A DNA stretch of 64,000 bases from Candidatus Babeliales bacterium (GTDB taxonomy: Bacteria; Babelota; Babeliae; Babelales; JANWKD01): assembly GCA_963722075.1 (NCBI GenBank), contig CAVRJM010000001.1:352001-416000 (forward strand), written 5' to 3'. Both the position numbers and the translations under genes were made by a program. Under the pieces are notes generated by a model, which was not told the DNA's origin, ran no database searches, and was given only the letters and a program-made list of their open reading frames with translations. Every line of letters begins with the position of its first letter. The stretch's first letter is position 1. Shown one piece after another: positions 39,747 through 48,408 of this stretch.

Positions 39747-40649
39747 CTATTGTACATTATAGCCCTGGCGTAGCTCTTCTTGATAGAAAATGTAGAGCCC
39801 AATACAAACTACAATAAATGATAAAAAGAAGGTCCAATTAACCAGCTCTCCCAAGAAAAGCCAGCCAAAAAGAGCGGCAAAAAGGGGAGTAATAAAGCCG
39901 GCAAAAGAAAGAAATGTTGCCGTATATTTGGTGAGTAAATAGCCGTAGAAGTTATAAAAAATAATATTACATACTAGAATAATGAGCGCCGTTAATTTAA
40001 CAAATGGCCAGAAATCAAATATTGGGCTTGCCTGCCATCCTTCCACTATATACGAAGTAAGTAAGGCTAATAATCCACCGCCCACCATACCAATACCATT
40101 GACCATCACGGGGGAGTATCCACCATCTTTGACTAATTTACGCAGCGTAATCCATCCATATACCGCTGAAGTGACTGCTATTAAGAGAACCAATTCGGGG
40201 AATGAAAGAAATAGGGTGGCGCTTAGGGAGCTGGAGGATGCTTTAATGATCATTTCGGGTAAAAAGCCACAAAAGCCAATTAATAACCCAAGCCATTTTT
40301 TAGTGGTCATTTTTTCGGAAAAATAAAAATATGAAAAAAGCGCTGCCATAAAAGGGGATAAATTATATAAGAATGATGATTTAGACGAGGTTATATACTG
40401 CAATGACCATAAATCAAGAATATAAGCAAAATAAACGTGAAATAGTATAATTTGACCAAAGAGCAGCCAATCACGTTTTTTTATAATAAAGCAATTACGA
40501 TCTTTCCAAAAAGAATAAGCTAGAAGAAGCCCTCCGGCTACGAGCATCCGCACCGCAATAAAAAAGAACGGTTTTACGTATTCAAGTAATGCTTTACAGA
40601 TGGTAAAGGTGCTGGCGCAGAGTGCATATAAAATAACAATTGAAATCAT
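39747..40649 (-). CDS. DMT/EamA family transporter
   Basis: About 10 TMs, two EamA repeats (R...AG, P.F.ALF..F.EK, PLFAALFGWLFLGE). Confidence 0.9.
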   Translation of the reverse strand: MISIVILYALCASTFTICKALLEYVKPFFFIAVRMLVAGGLLLAYSFWKDRNCFIIKKRDWLLFGQIILFHVYFAYILDLWSLQYITSSKSSFLYNLSPFMAALFSYFYFSEKMTTKKWLGLLIGFCGFLPEMIIKASSSSLSATLFLSFPELVLLIAVTSAVYGWITLRKLVKDGGYSPVMVNGIGMVGGGLLALLTSYIVEGWQASPIFDFWPFVKLTALIILVCNIIFYNFYGYLLTKYTATFLSFAGFITPLFAALFGWLFLGELVNWTFFLSFIVVCIGLYIFYQEELRQGYNVQ

Positions 40650-40721
40650 AACAATCCTTTTAATAGATACCTATAACTATCCTATTAAAAGAATGAAAAA
40701 AGTAAAATTATCGATTTATGC

Positions 40722-42095
40722 CTATTCATATTTATCATCATAATATTCTTCAGATTCAGATTCGGATGATGTAACTTCCGGTTCATCCCATATAATGCTA
40801 ATTTGCTGTTCAGTATCAGCAAGCAATAATGATGGCATAGGCTTCCAAGGCTGTTTTTTTAAAAATGATACTAAGAATTGACCAAATTGTTTATCATCTT
40901 TAGTATGCATTTTTTGTTCCTGAATCTGTTTTAAAAGATAGGGAATAAGATGGGATGGCGCTATCGTTAAATGGTTATCAGATTCATACCATGGTGGATA
41001 GTAGGTGTCGATTTCATTTGTTCCACATTCAAAAGCTTCTTCCTTATCATTGTCTATAAGGCTAAAAAGGGGGTAATGGAGCATGGATAATGAAGAATGT
41101 TTTTTAACTGTTCTTAATATACGTTCGGTACTCGTATGGCATGAATCAATAGCAACCAGATCTGGGCGCAGCGTATTAAAATAAGTAAATAATTGGTTAA
41201 TATGAATTTCTGAAAGTCCCAACGTTATGGGTATGGGTTTTATTCTATTTGCTCTGCTCCCATGGCCCGTTAAATAAAATGCCCAGCGGTACTCTTGATT
41301 ATTATTATGTGTATTAATAAGGGTTGATAATTTAGAAACCCAATTATTTGAATCTGGTTTAATAGGTTCTTGTAAAGGAGACTGTATGGGGGTGCAGGTA
41401 TCTAAATTGAGTGATTTGAAATCATTTTTTTGAGTAAGGCAATAAAGACCAAGATGGGTATCGTACCAATCCCATTTAGAAAGCCCCACTATAATTTTAA
41501 AAAATCTATAAAACGCAAGTAATGAAGAAAGTTCTTCTTTTAATACCGTATATTCATTTCCGCTTTCATCTTTTACTATTTCGGTAGCTTCTTCTAGTAA
41601 TTGATAATGGGAACAATTATATTTAGTTATAGGTTGATCAGTAATCTCATTTGGATGTTTAAAGATCATTACGCGATTTGGTGGCATTGCTCGAGCAATT
41701 CGCTTCCCTTTTGGTAAAAAAATGTTATGGTAACTGGGGTTAATAATAATTTGTTGTAACGGGTCTTCAATATTGTTTTCATTAAAGAAATTTTGTGCTT
41801 CTTTATATTCTTTTTTTAATGCTTCAAGAAGTCCGTAGGTAATAAAAATATGATGAGCATTACCGGTACAAAGTTGATCTATTAAGCTCTTTCTAATTAC
41901 ATTATTATTATCTATATTATGAGGATTCTCATCTTTTGTAGCTTCGCCCGTATTAATAAAAAAGAAGGCTCTAATCGGTTGATGTGAGGATACGGTATTT
42001 GTCTCTTCTTGCATACTGTAGGTAAAACCACCGCAACATATGATAAAAAGAGTACACAAAAAATTAATTTTAACATTTCTATAAGAATTATACAT
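40722..42095 (-). CDS. Secreted protein with clan CD (caspase-like) His-Cys motif
   Basis: Signal peptide; FYLTGHGS ... LVAIDSCH; acidic tail. Confidence 0.55.
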   Translation of the reverse strand: MYNSYRNVKINFLCTLFIICCGGFTYSMQEETNTVSSHQPIRAFFFINTGEATKDENPHNIDNNNVIRKSLIDQLCTGNAHHIFITYGLLEALKKEYKEAQNFFNENNIEDPLQQIIINPSYHNIFLPKGKRIARAMPPNRVMIFKHPNEITDQPITKYNCSHYQLLEEATEIVKDESGNEYTVLKEELSSLLAFYRFFKIIVGLSKWDWYDTHLGLYCLTQKNDFKSLNLDTCTPIQSPLQEPIKPDSNNWVSKLSTLINTHNNNQEYRWAFYLTGHGSRANRIKPIPITLGLSEIHINQLFTYFNTLRPDLVAIDSCHTSTERILRTVKKHSSLSMLHYPLFSLIDNDKEEAFECGTNEIDTYYPPWYESDNHLTIAPSHLIPYLLKQIQEQKMHTKDDKQFGQFLVSFLKKQPWKPMPSLLLADTEQQISIIWDEPEVTSSESESEEYYDDKYE

Positions 42096-42231
42096 ATAAA
42101 CCTACCCATAATAAGCAATTATATTAATATTATAATTATATATTATTTGTAAATAAATTAAAGAGGGGTATTATCGTATAATTGAGTGAAAAAATATGAT
42201 ATTTAGAAAAAGTATATGCGGGTAAGGGAAG

Positions 42232-42356
42232 TCAGGACAAATGCATTTAAAACATCAGATTAAAAAGGCTTAAATATAATGCTGGATCCAGGCTAAAGTT
42301 AAATATCCTTTAAATATTTTTGGCTAAATGCTTATTATCTGAGACGTTTGTACTAA
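42232..42356. mobile_element. MITE-like element (family C), empty form
   Basis: TCAGGACAAATGCATTTAAAA...ATGCTGGATCCAGGC...ACGTTTGTACTAA; homologous to 23711-23900. Confidence 0.7.
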
Positions 42357-42419
42357 AGTGAAATGCGCGCTTTATTTGGTGGGCATTTCGATAGTGAATT
42401 TATTCTATTTGGTAAGCTC

Positions 42420-42887
42420 TTAAACTATTCTTTTTTCCAAATATTCAATGAATGTTAGTAGTTCTTGAGCGCGGGTTTGAATAGTAGTTGGATGGTCACT
42501 GCCTAGAAATCGATTACCGATTATAGCTAGTTTCTTTTGAATAGCTTCATTTTTTATATTGGCAGGACAATGATCAACGGCAGTAATAATATTGGTGAGA
42601 TCATTGAGAATTTTTTGTATTTTAGCTTTTTTATGTTCTAAGGTGGTGAGTGCTACTTGTTTATCTGAGATTCGTTGATTAATAATATCATTTTCAATGA
42701 TTACCAATTTATTATTAATTTTTTCTAATTTTAATCGCTTTTGTTGCAATTTTATTTTATAGGGGCCATATAGCTTGTGAATAAAGGAAAGAGCAACGGT
42801 AGTTGGATTATTAGAGGTTATTGCATGGGCATTCATTGATATAAAGCAGAGTAAAAAAGTAATGGCTATTTTATAATTTTTGAACAT
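42420..42887 (-). CDS. Secreted coiled-coil hypothetical protein
   Basis: Signal peptide AHA|I; AAGGAG RBS; TTGACT-18-TATACT upstream. Confidence 0.7.
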   Translation of the reverse strand: MFKNYKIAITFLLCFISMNAHAITSNNPTTVALSFIHKLYGPYKIKLQQKRLKLEKINNKLVIIENDIINQRISDKQVALTTLEHKKAKIQKILNDLTNIITAVDHCPANIKNEAIQKKLAIIGNRFLGSDHPTTIQTRAQELLTFIEYLEKRIV

Positions 42888-42993
42888 AATAGCTCCTTTT
42901 ATTAAGTAATTTATTTATAGTTATAAGTATACCATTTTCTTACTATTAAAGTCAAATTAGTTTTCTAATAGAAAATATGCTCTTTGATGCCAG

Positions 42994-44304
42994 TTAATGA
43001 GTTTGTTTTTTATAGTTTTCCTGTAGCAGAGAGGTAATTTCAACATTAGAATGGTTAATGGTTAAATCATTCAGAGTAATAGTAGCACCTTTACGCAGTA
43101 ATAATTTAATTATTTTTACGTAATTATTATACTGATAATGATCGTGTGTAGGTATGTTTTCCAGCGCAAATGTTAAAGCGGAGTAATTAAGATTTTCTTT
43201 ATAGTTAATATCGGCTTCGCATTTAATTAATTTTTTTACTGCTTCTCTTTGACCGTGAATGCATGCAAATTGTAATGCTGATAGCCCGTTTTCAGCAGTT
43301 GTGCAATTTACATCGGCGCTTCCTTGATGAACAATATGATGTATATTTTTGGGGTTATATAGAATTGCTACAAATAAAATATTAAAAGGATCTTCTGAAA
43401 AAGCCTCGGGTACTTCGGACTCATTATTGTTTCCTTCCAAATCATTTGGGTGAAAGTTTTGATTAAAATCGAAGCCCGCTTCATACATTCGTTTAAAATT
43501 ATGTGGTTTTTTAAAATCAACAATTATTAATAAATCTTCAAACCATAACGTTGCGCCTTTTTGTATAAGCGAGACACCTAATTCAGGGAATTTTTTAAGC
43601 GATATGCCTAAAGCGTTTTCACCGATTTCATTATCTTCAAGTTGTAATTGAATATCATCGCCAAGAATAGCAATTATCTTTCTAGCCACCATTTCATAAT
43701 TATGTTGTAATGCAGTTAGTAAAGGGGATTTATTAAATTTATCATAATTGCTTAGTAATGGTATTGGACTTGCGTTATTTGATAATGTTTCCATTACCTC
43801 TAAAAAGGCAATAGCACGCTTTTGTTTACCATGTGCGATACAATGATGAAAGGCATTCTGTCCGTCATTATTTACGGCGGTTATATTATCCATAGTATTA
43901 TTATAAATATTTGACAAAATGAATGCTTGTAAATCTGATGTGGTTGATAAATAATGTAAAACGGTATTGTTAAAACGAGAGCGATAATTATTAAATTCAT
44001 CTTGTAATTCAATAGGAAGTTTAGCATATGCTTCTGCCAATGGAACAAGTTTTTTTGGATATAATTTAAATACTATTGAGGGTTTTTGCTTAAAATATTT
44101 TATTAATTGGGTAAAAACTAATTCTTTTAAACTTTTGACTCTATTTGACTTTTTATATTCAGTTTCTTTAATTTTTTTTATAATTTTTGTTGTAATACTT
44201 TTTTCTTCTTTAGTTTCTTCTCGTGATCTTTTCATTGCCCATGCAGGGTAAATTACAAAAGATATTAATAATGAAAATAGACCGAATTTAATTTTATGAG
44301 TCAT
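42994..44304 (-). CDS. Secreted ankyrin-repeat protein with BC/SOCS-box-like motif
   Basis: AWA|MKRSR; SLKELVFTQL...KLPIEL; GQNAFHHC, KSPLLTAL, GLSALQFAC. Confidence 0.85.
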   Translation of the reverse strand: MTHKIKFGLFSLLISFVIYPAWAMKRSREETKEEKSITTKIIKKIKETEYKKSNRVKSLKELVFTQLIKYFKQKPSIVFKLYPKKLVPLAEAYAKLPIELQDEFNNYRSRFNNTVLHYLSTTSDLQAFILSNIYNNTMDNITAVNNDGQNAFHHCIAHGKQKRAIAFLEVMETLSNNASPIPLLSNYDKFNKSPLLTALQHNYEMVARKIIAILGDDIQLQLEDNEIGENALGISLKKFPELGVSLIQKGATLWFEDLLIIVDFKKPHNFKRMYEAGFDFNQNFHPNDLEGNNNESEVPEAFSEDPFNILFVAILYNPKNIHHIVHQGSADVNCTTAENGLSALQFACIHGQREAVKKLIKCEADINYKENLNYSALTFALENIPTHDHYQYNNYVKIIKLLLRKGATITLNDLTINHSNVEITSLLQENYKKQTH

Positions 44305-44334
44305 GATTTTATTTTCTCCATTTAAGCGATTGTA

Positions 44335-45135
44335 TTATTTTTTTTCTAATAGGGCGGAAATTTTTTTGCCTACTTTCATTCGTACTGAATATTTGGGATA
44401 GGTAATTATGTAAGGATCGCCAAATTTGTCTATTTGTTGTTGCATAAAATAAGCATTTCCCTCTGTATATTCTTTACCCTTCATGCAGCTCAAAATATCT
44501 GCCCGTAATTCTTGAAACTGAATTAATTTATTAAGTGGGTTATTTTTCTGATCAGTAATTGGTTTATAAGGAGTTGAGTTGCGTATAAAATAACGCGTAG
44601 AATGATCATGATGAATCAAATGAATAAGTTCATGTCCTATAATAAACTGTTGTCCTTCTGGCGATAACTTTTTGAACATACTTTCGTTTACAAAAATAAT
44701 GCTATCAGTAGAAGAAGCAGGTATTTCAATATTCCATGGTATCATTTCAACCTGAGTGCTATCAACGTTAAATTCAGCCATAATATCCTTAATCAATTGG
44801 ACGGTATCTGCCGAAATGAGTTGATTAGAATTATAATGTTTTTTCATATCTTGAATACTTGCCCAATAATCAGAATGAGGATCATTGCGTAATTGTTGGC
44901 ATTGATTAGCAGTCATTGGATATACAGCGCTAATTTCTTGCCATAATGCTGTTTGGGTGGTATCAAGCCATTCGAGTAGTTGATTGTCAGTAGTAACGTG
45001 ATCAAAGTTGACGGCATTAATGTTGAAATGTTTGGCTATTGAAGGTTCTATTTTTGTATTTTGTACATGCTTGGATGCATATATAACAATAATTCCTATC
45101 AAAATTGTGGGATAAAGTATGTATTTGAATTGCAT
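44335..45135 (-). CDS. HEXXH metallopeptidase (M48-like), paralog 2
   Basis: FIIGHELIH, QELRAD, TYPKYSVR. Confidence 0.75.
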   Translation of the reverse strand: MQFKYILYPTILIGIIVIYASKHVQNTKIEPSIAKHFNINAVNFDHVTTDNQLLEWLDTTQTALWQEISAVYPMTANQCQQLRNDPHSDYWASIQDMKKHYNSNQLISADTVQLIKDIMAEFNVDSTQVEMIPWNIEIPASSTDSIIFVNESMFKKLSPEGQQFIIGHELIHLIHHDHSTRYFIRNSTPYKPITDQKNNPLNKLIQFQELRADILSCMKGKEYTEGNAYFMQQQIDKFGDPYIITYPKYSVRMKVGKKISALLEKK

Positions 45136-45168
45136 GATTTTATTTTCTCCATTTAATTAATAATTTTA

Positions 45169-46560
45169 TTATTGATTCTTTTCTAATCGTTCAAGCTCTT
45201 GTTTTTGATAATACTCTTGTAGAAGATCAGATAATTTTTGATCTGCTTGTACAACTTCCTTATCATATGCTGAGATAGTAATGCCTTTGCGTAGTAACAA
45301 CTTAATTATTTTCAAAAGAGTTTCTGAGTCAGCAGATGTATCTTCGATATATTGTTCAAGAATGAAACTCAAAACGGTACCGCCAGTAGATTGTTCTTCA
45401 TTAAGATTTGCGCCTTCTTTAATGAGTTTTTTTATGGCAGAAATGTTATAGGTTTTAGCTGCAAATGATAAAGGGGATTCGCTATCAGCGCAGGCGTTAA
45501 CGTCGGCTTTGCCCTCACGTACAAGGCGAGTAATATTTTTGGGTTTATGCATAACTGCTAACATTAAGCAAGTAAACTCGCTATTACAGGGCTCATCTAT
45601 TTCATTAATATCGGGAATATAAAGGGCGCTTTGATCGAAATCAAAGTTAGCTTGATGGAGTTGCTTAAATAGAAGAGGGTCATCTGTTTGAGCTATAGCT
45701 TTTAAGTGGTTAAAATCTACTTCTGCCCCGTTTTTAATAAGTAATGGTACTAATCTTGGGACATTAACGATTGCTGCAATGAGAGGGTTTTGCCCACTTT
45801 TATTAGGTTTATTAAGATAATTGCTCAATTGATCAGGGTTATTGCCAACAATAGTAATAATTTTTTCAGCAATTTTTTTATAACCGTTTAATAACGCCAA
45901 TAATAAGGGATGATTGTTGTTGGGGTTAAGGACGTTGTCAATTAAACAGGCAGCATTGAATTTTACCATACCCTCTTCTTCTTCTTGGGCTAATTGTTCT
46001 TTCTCTATTTGTTGGGCGACATCTAATAAGGTATCTGCAATAGCTGGTTGTCTTTGTATAAGGCGAGAATATAATGCTGTATGCCAGTTGGGTACTATAC
46101 TATATTCTGTTGCGCTATTTTCATCATTGTTATTATTGTTTTCATTGTTATGAGTTTTGGTAGTAGGAATTTGATTAGATTCAATGGCTAATTTGATAAA
46201 TGCCTTTATATCTTGTGGATCAAATAATTTATGTAAAAGACTGGAATCTTTCTTATGAGAATGTTGATTGCATTCTATCCGTAATTCCACTGGTAAGCGA
46301 GGGTATGCTGCTGCTAATGTGCCCGGTATTCTTTTAAAATATTTTACCAATGCTTTTTTTGCCAATTTTTTTAAGGTTTTTATTTGTATTGGTTCACTGA
46401 GTTCTTCACTAAGGCATTTGGCTTCTTTCGCGCTTGAGCTTGCTCTATTGGTACCTCGTTCTAATTCATGTCTGGGTCTCTTCATTGCCCATGCAGAATG
46501 AGTTGCACAAGAAAGAAAGGCAAACGCTATTACTATATTAAGTTTAGTTTTAAAAATCAT
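45169..46560 (-). CDS. Secreted ankyrin-repeat protein with BC/SOCS-box-like motif
   Basis: AWA|MKRPR; TLKKLAKKAL...RLPVEL; HPLLLAL, GQNPLIAA, ESPLSFAA; paralog of 42994..44304. Confidence 0.85.
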   Translation of the reverse strand: MIFKTKLNIVIAFAFLSCATHSAWAMKRPRHELERGTNRASSSAKEAKCLSEELSEPIQIKTLKKLAKKALVKYFKRIPGTLAAAYPRLPVELRIECNQHSHKKDSSLLHKLFDPQDIKAFIKLAIESNQIPTTKTHNNENNNNNDENSATEYSIVPNWHTALYSRLIQRQPAIADTLLDVAQQIEKEQLAQEEEEGMVKFNAACLIDNVLNPNNNHPLLLALLNGYKKIAEKIITIVGNNPDQLSNYLNKPNKSGQNPLIAAIVNVPRLVPLLIKNGAEVDFNHLKAIAQTDDPLLFKQLHQANFDFDQSALYIPDINEIDEPCNSEFTCLMLAVMHKPKNITRLVREGKADVNACADSESPLSFAAKTYNISAIKKLIKEGANLNEEQSTGGTVLSFILEQYIEDTSADSETLLKIIKLLLRKGITISAYDKEVVQADQKLSDLLQEYYQKQELERLEKNQ

Positions 46561-46585
46561 GATTTTGTATTCTCCATTTTATAGT

Positions 46586-47401
46586 TTAAGTAGTTGTATT
46601 ATTTTTTTCTAAAAGTCCCACAATCTTTTTACCAATTGCCAAACGTGCTGATGGCTTTGGGTGCGAACTTGATTCTTGATCGCCATATTTTTGGATAAAG
46701 TGAGCAAAGAATTCAGCGGCACCTTGTGCATATTCAGTTCCGTGTAAGCTCGCTAAGATATCAGCACGCAATTCCTGAAATTGTGAAAGTTTGTGTAGTG
46801 AGTTGGGATCGGCATTAATTGCGGCTTTTTCAATAAAATAATTAGCTGAATGATCTTTTTTAATTAAATGTATCAACTCGTGGCCTATGGCAAATTTTTG
46901 TGCAGCAGGTGAAAGCTCAATAAGTAAGGGTTCGTTAATGAAAAGTAAGGTATCGCATGCCGCCGCTGCTGAAGGAAGATTCCACGCATATATAGTAATT
47001 CCCTTAGGATCGATGCCAAAATCCTTCATAATAGTATGTACTAATTGTATTGTTTGTTCTGATACTTTCTTATCTAATGCCGCATAATCTTTGATCATAG
47101 AAGTTATATAGGTAGTATACTCTTCTATAGAAGTTGTTTTTAATGCTTCGCATTGTTCAAATGAAAGATTTATAGCTTTTTGTAGCTCATGCCATACTGT
47201 TTGTTCCTCTTTAGTAAGCCATTCTTGATAATAAGTAAGTGAAGGGGCTTCTAGAAGGGCATTTTGAGCCAAATTAAACGTTTTAACAATTTTTGGCTCT
47301 ATAAGGGTAGGTTTATGGTCAGATTTAGCCCAAATTAAGGCTGCGATGGCTGCAAGAGCGCATAAGCCATTATATAAGAATAATTTATTGATTTTTACCA
47401 T
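46586..47401 (-). CDS. HEXXH metallopeptidase (M48-like), paralog 3
   Basis: FAIGHELIH, QELRAD, SSHPKPSARL; start at the second Met follows GGAG. Confidence 0.78.
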   Translation of the reverse strand: MVKINKLFLYNGLCALAAIAALIWAKSDHKPTLIEPKIVKTFNLAQNALLEAPSLTYYQEWLTKEEQTVWHELQKAINLSFEQCEALKTTSIEEYTTYITSMIKDYAALDKKVSEQTIQLVHTIMKDFGIDPKGITIYAWNLPSAAAACDTLLFINEPLLIELSPAAQKFAIGHELIHLIKKDHSANYFIEKAAINADPNSLHKLSQFQELRADILASLHGTEYAQGAAEFFAHFIQKYGDQESSSHPKPSARLAIGKKIVGLLEKNNTTT

Positions 47402-47485
47402 ATTAACTCCATTTTTTAACATTTTAGCTTATTTTTAGTATAAATATTAATTTATATTTGTCAATTTTTATACCTAATGGGTGTT

Positions 47486-47977
47486 TTATTGGTAAGGGTA
47501 GCTAATTTTTAAAAAAGAGGTGTAATATCCTATGGCAAGGATTGTTGATAGGCTTAATGAGGTCCATATGATGGTAGTATATGGCTGTTTTTTGTACCAC
47601 GGTTTTTGTAACCCCATTTTTGCCTTAACATGATGTTTTTTAGCCTTCCATCCAGCAGCATATACCGTATATAATAACGGGTTGATAGGATTGATTCTTG
47701 TAAGATCAAAAATGCGATTATTAATGCCATTACCAAACATTCCTACTTTATTGAATAGTATGTTTTCTATTGCTTTTCTATGTTCGGGTGTTAAATGATT
47801 ATTTTGATCAGATTGCTTTAAATATATATGCGGTGTAACTTCTTTATCTTCCGGAGAATGTAGTATGAAGGAGCCTTCGCACTTAGGATTATAACCAATA
47901 TATTTTGTTTCCATGCAGATTATTACGGTGCTTATTAAGAGGGAAATAGTTATTAAAGAGTTTTTGAACAGTTTCAT
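47486..47977 (-). CDS. Hypothetical protein with signal peptide and C-terminal TM
   Basis: IIC|ME signal, C-terminal hydrophobic helix. Confidence 0.65.
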   Translation of the reverse strand: MKLFKNSLITISLLISTVIICMETKYIGYNPKCEGSFILHSPEDKEVTPHIYLKQSDQNNHLTPEHRKAIENILFNKVGMFGNGINNRIFDLTRINPINPLLYTVYAAGWKAKKHHVKAKMGLQKPWYKKQPYTTIIWTSLSLSTILAIGYYTSFLKISYPYQ

Positions 47978-48133
47978 GGTTTTCTATTTTTTACAATATT
48001 ATTGTACCCAGTTTTTTATTCATGATGATAATTTCTTCAAGCAAGTATTGCAAGTTTTGGTAATAATTAATTCAAAAAATTTAATATATTTTTTTAGGCT
48101 CAGCTTTATAAGATTATTGTTTAGCAAAAAACC

Positions 48134-48290
48134 GTCGTCACGAGGAGCGGCGTCCGACTTCGCCAAGGCTACGACGGATTCCGTCAAAGCAAGCGCGCCT
48201 GTCCGTCGAAGTTTTAACGTAGACGGAACGTGGTGATCCAGGCTGAAATTTTCAAGGAACCCTGGATTGCTTCGACGAGCTCGCAACGAC
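48134..48290. repeat. Complete family A palindrome carrying a family B doublet at 48150-48227
   Basis: GTCGTCACGAG...CTCGCAACGAC ends; inner GATCCAGG/CCTGGATT stem; GCGTCCGACTTCGCCAAGGCTACGACGGA...TGTCCGTCGAAGTTTTAACGTAGACGGA. Confidence 0.88.
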
Positions 48291-48373
48291 ATCACCTTAC
48301 ATTACTTATGTCAATTTGAGCAAAATTTTTACAGACATTCAAAAGCCATAAATCTCAATAGACCCTAATTAAT

Positions 48374-48401
48374 AAAGGGAAGGCTCTTTATGCCTTCCCT
48401 T
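48374..48401 (-). terminator. dnaK terminator
   Basis: AAGGGAAGGC-loop-GCCTTCCCTT just past the dnaK stop. Confidence 0.8.
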
Positions 48402-48408
48402 AGGTTTT

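Noticed and set aside
48020..48295. 91 aa ORF (and 47913..48236 on the other strand)
   Set aside because: Runs through the A+B palindromic repeat; no RBS or domain, best explained by the GC-rich repeat.
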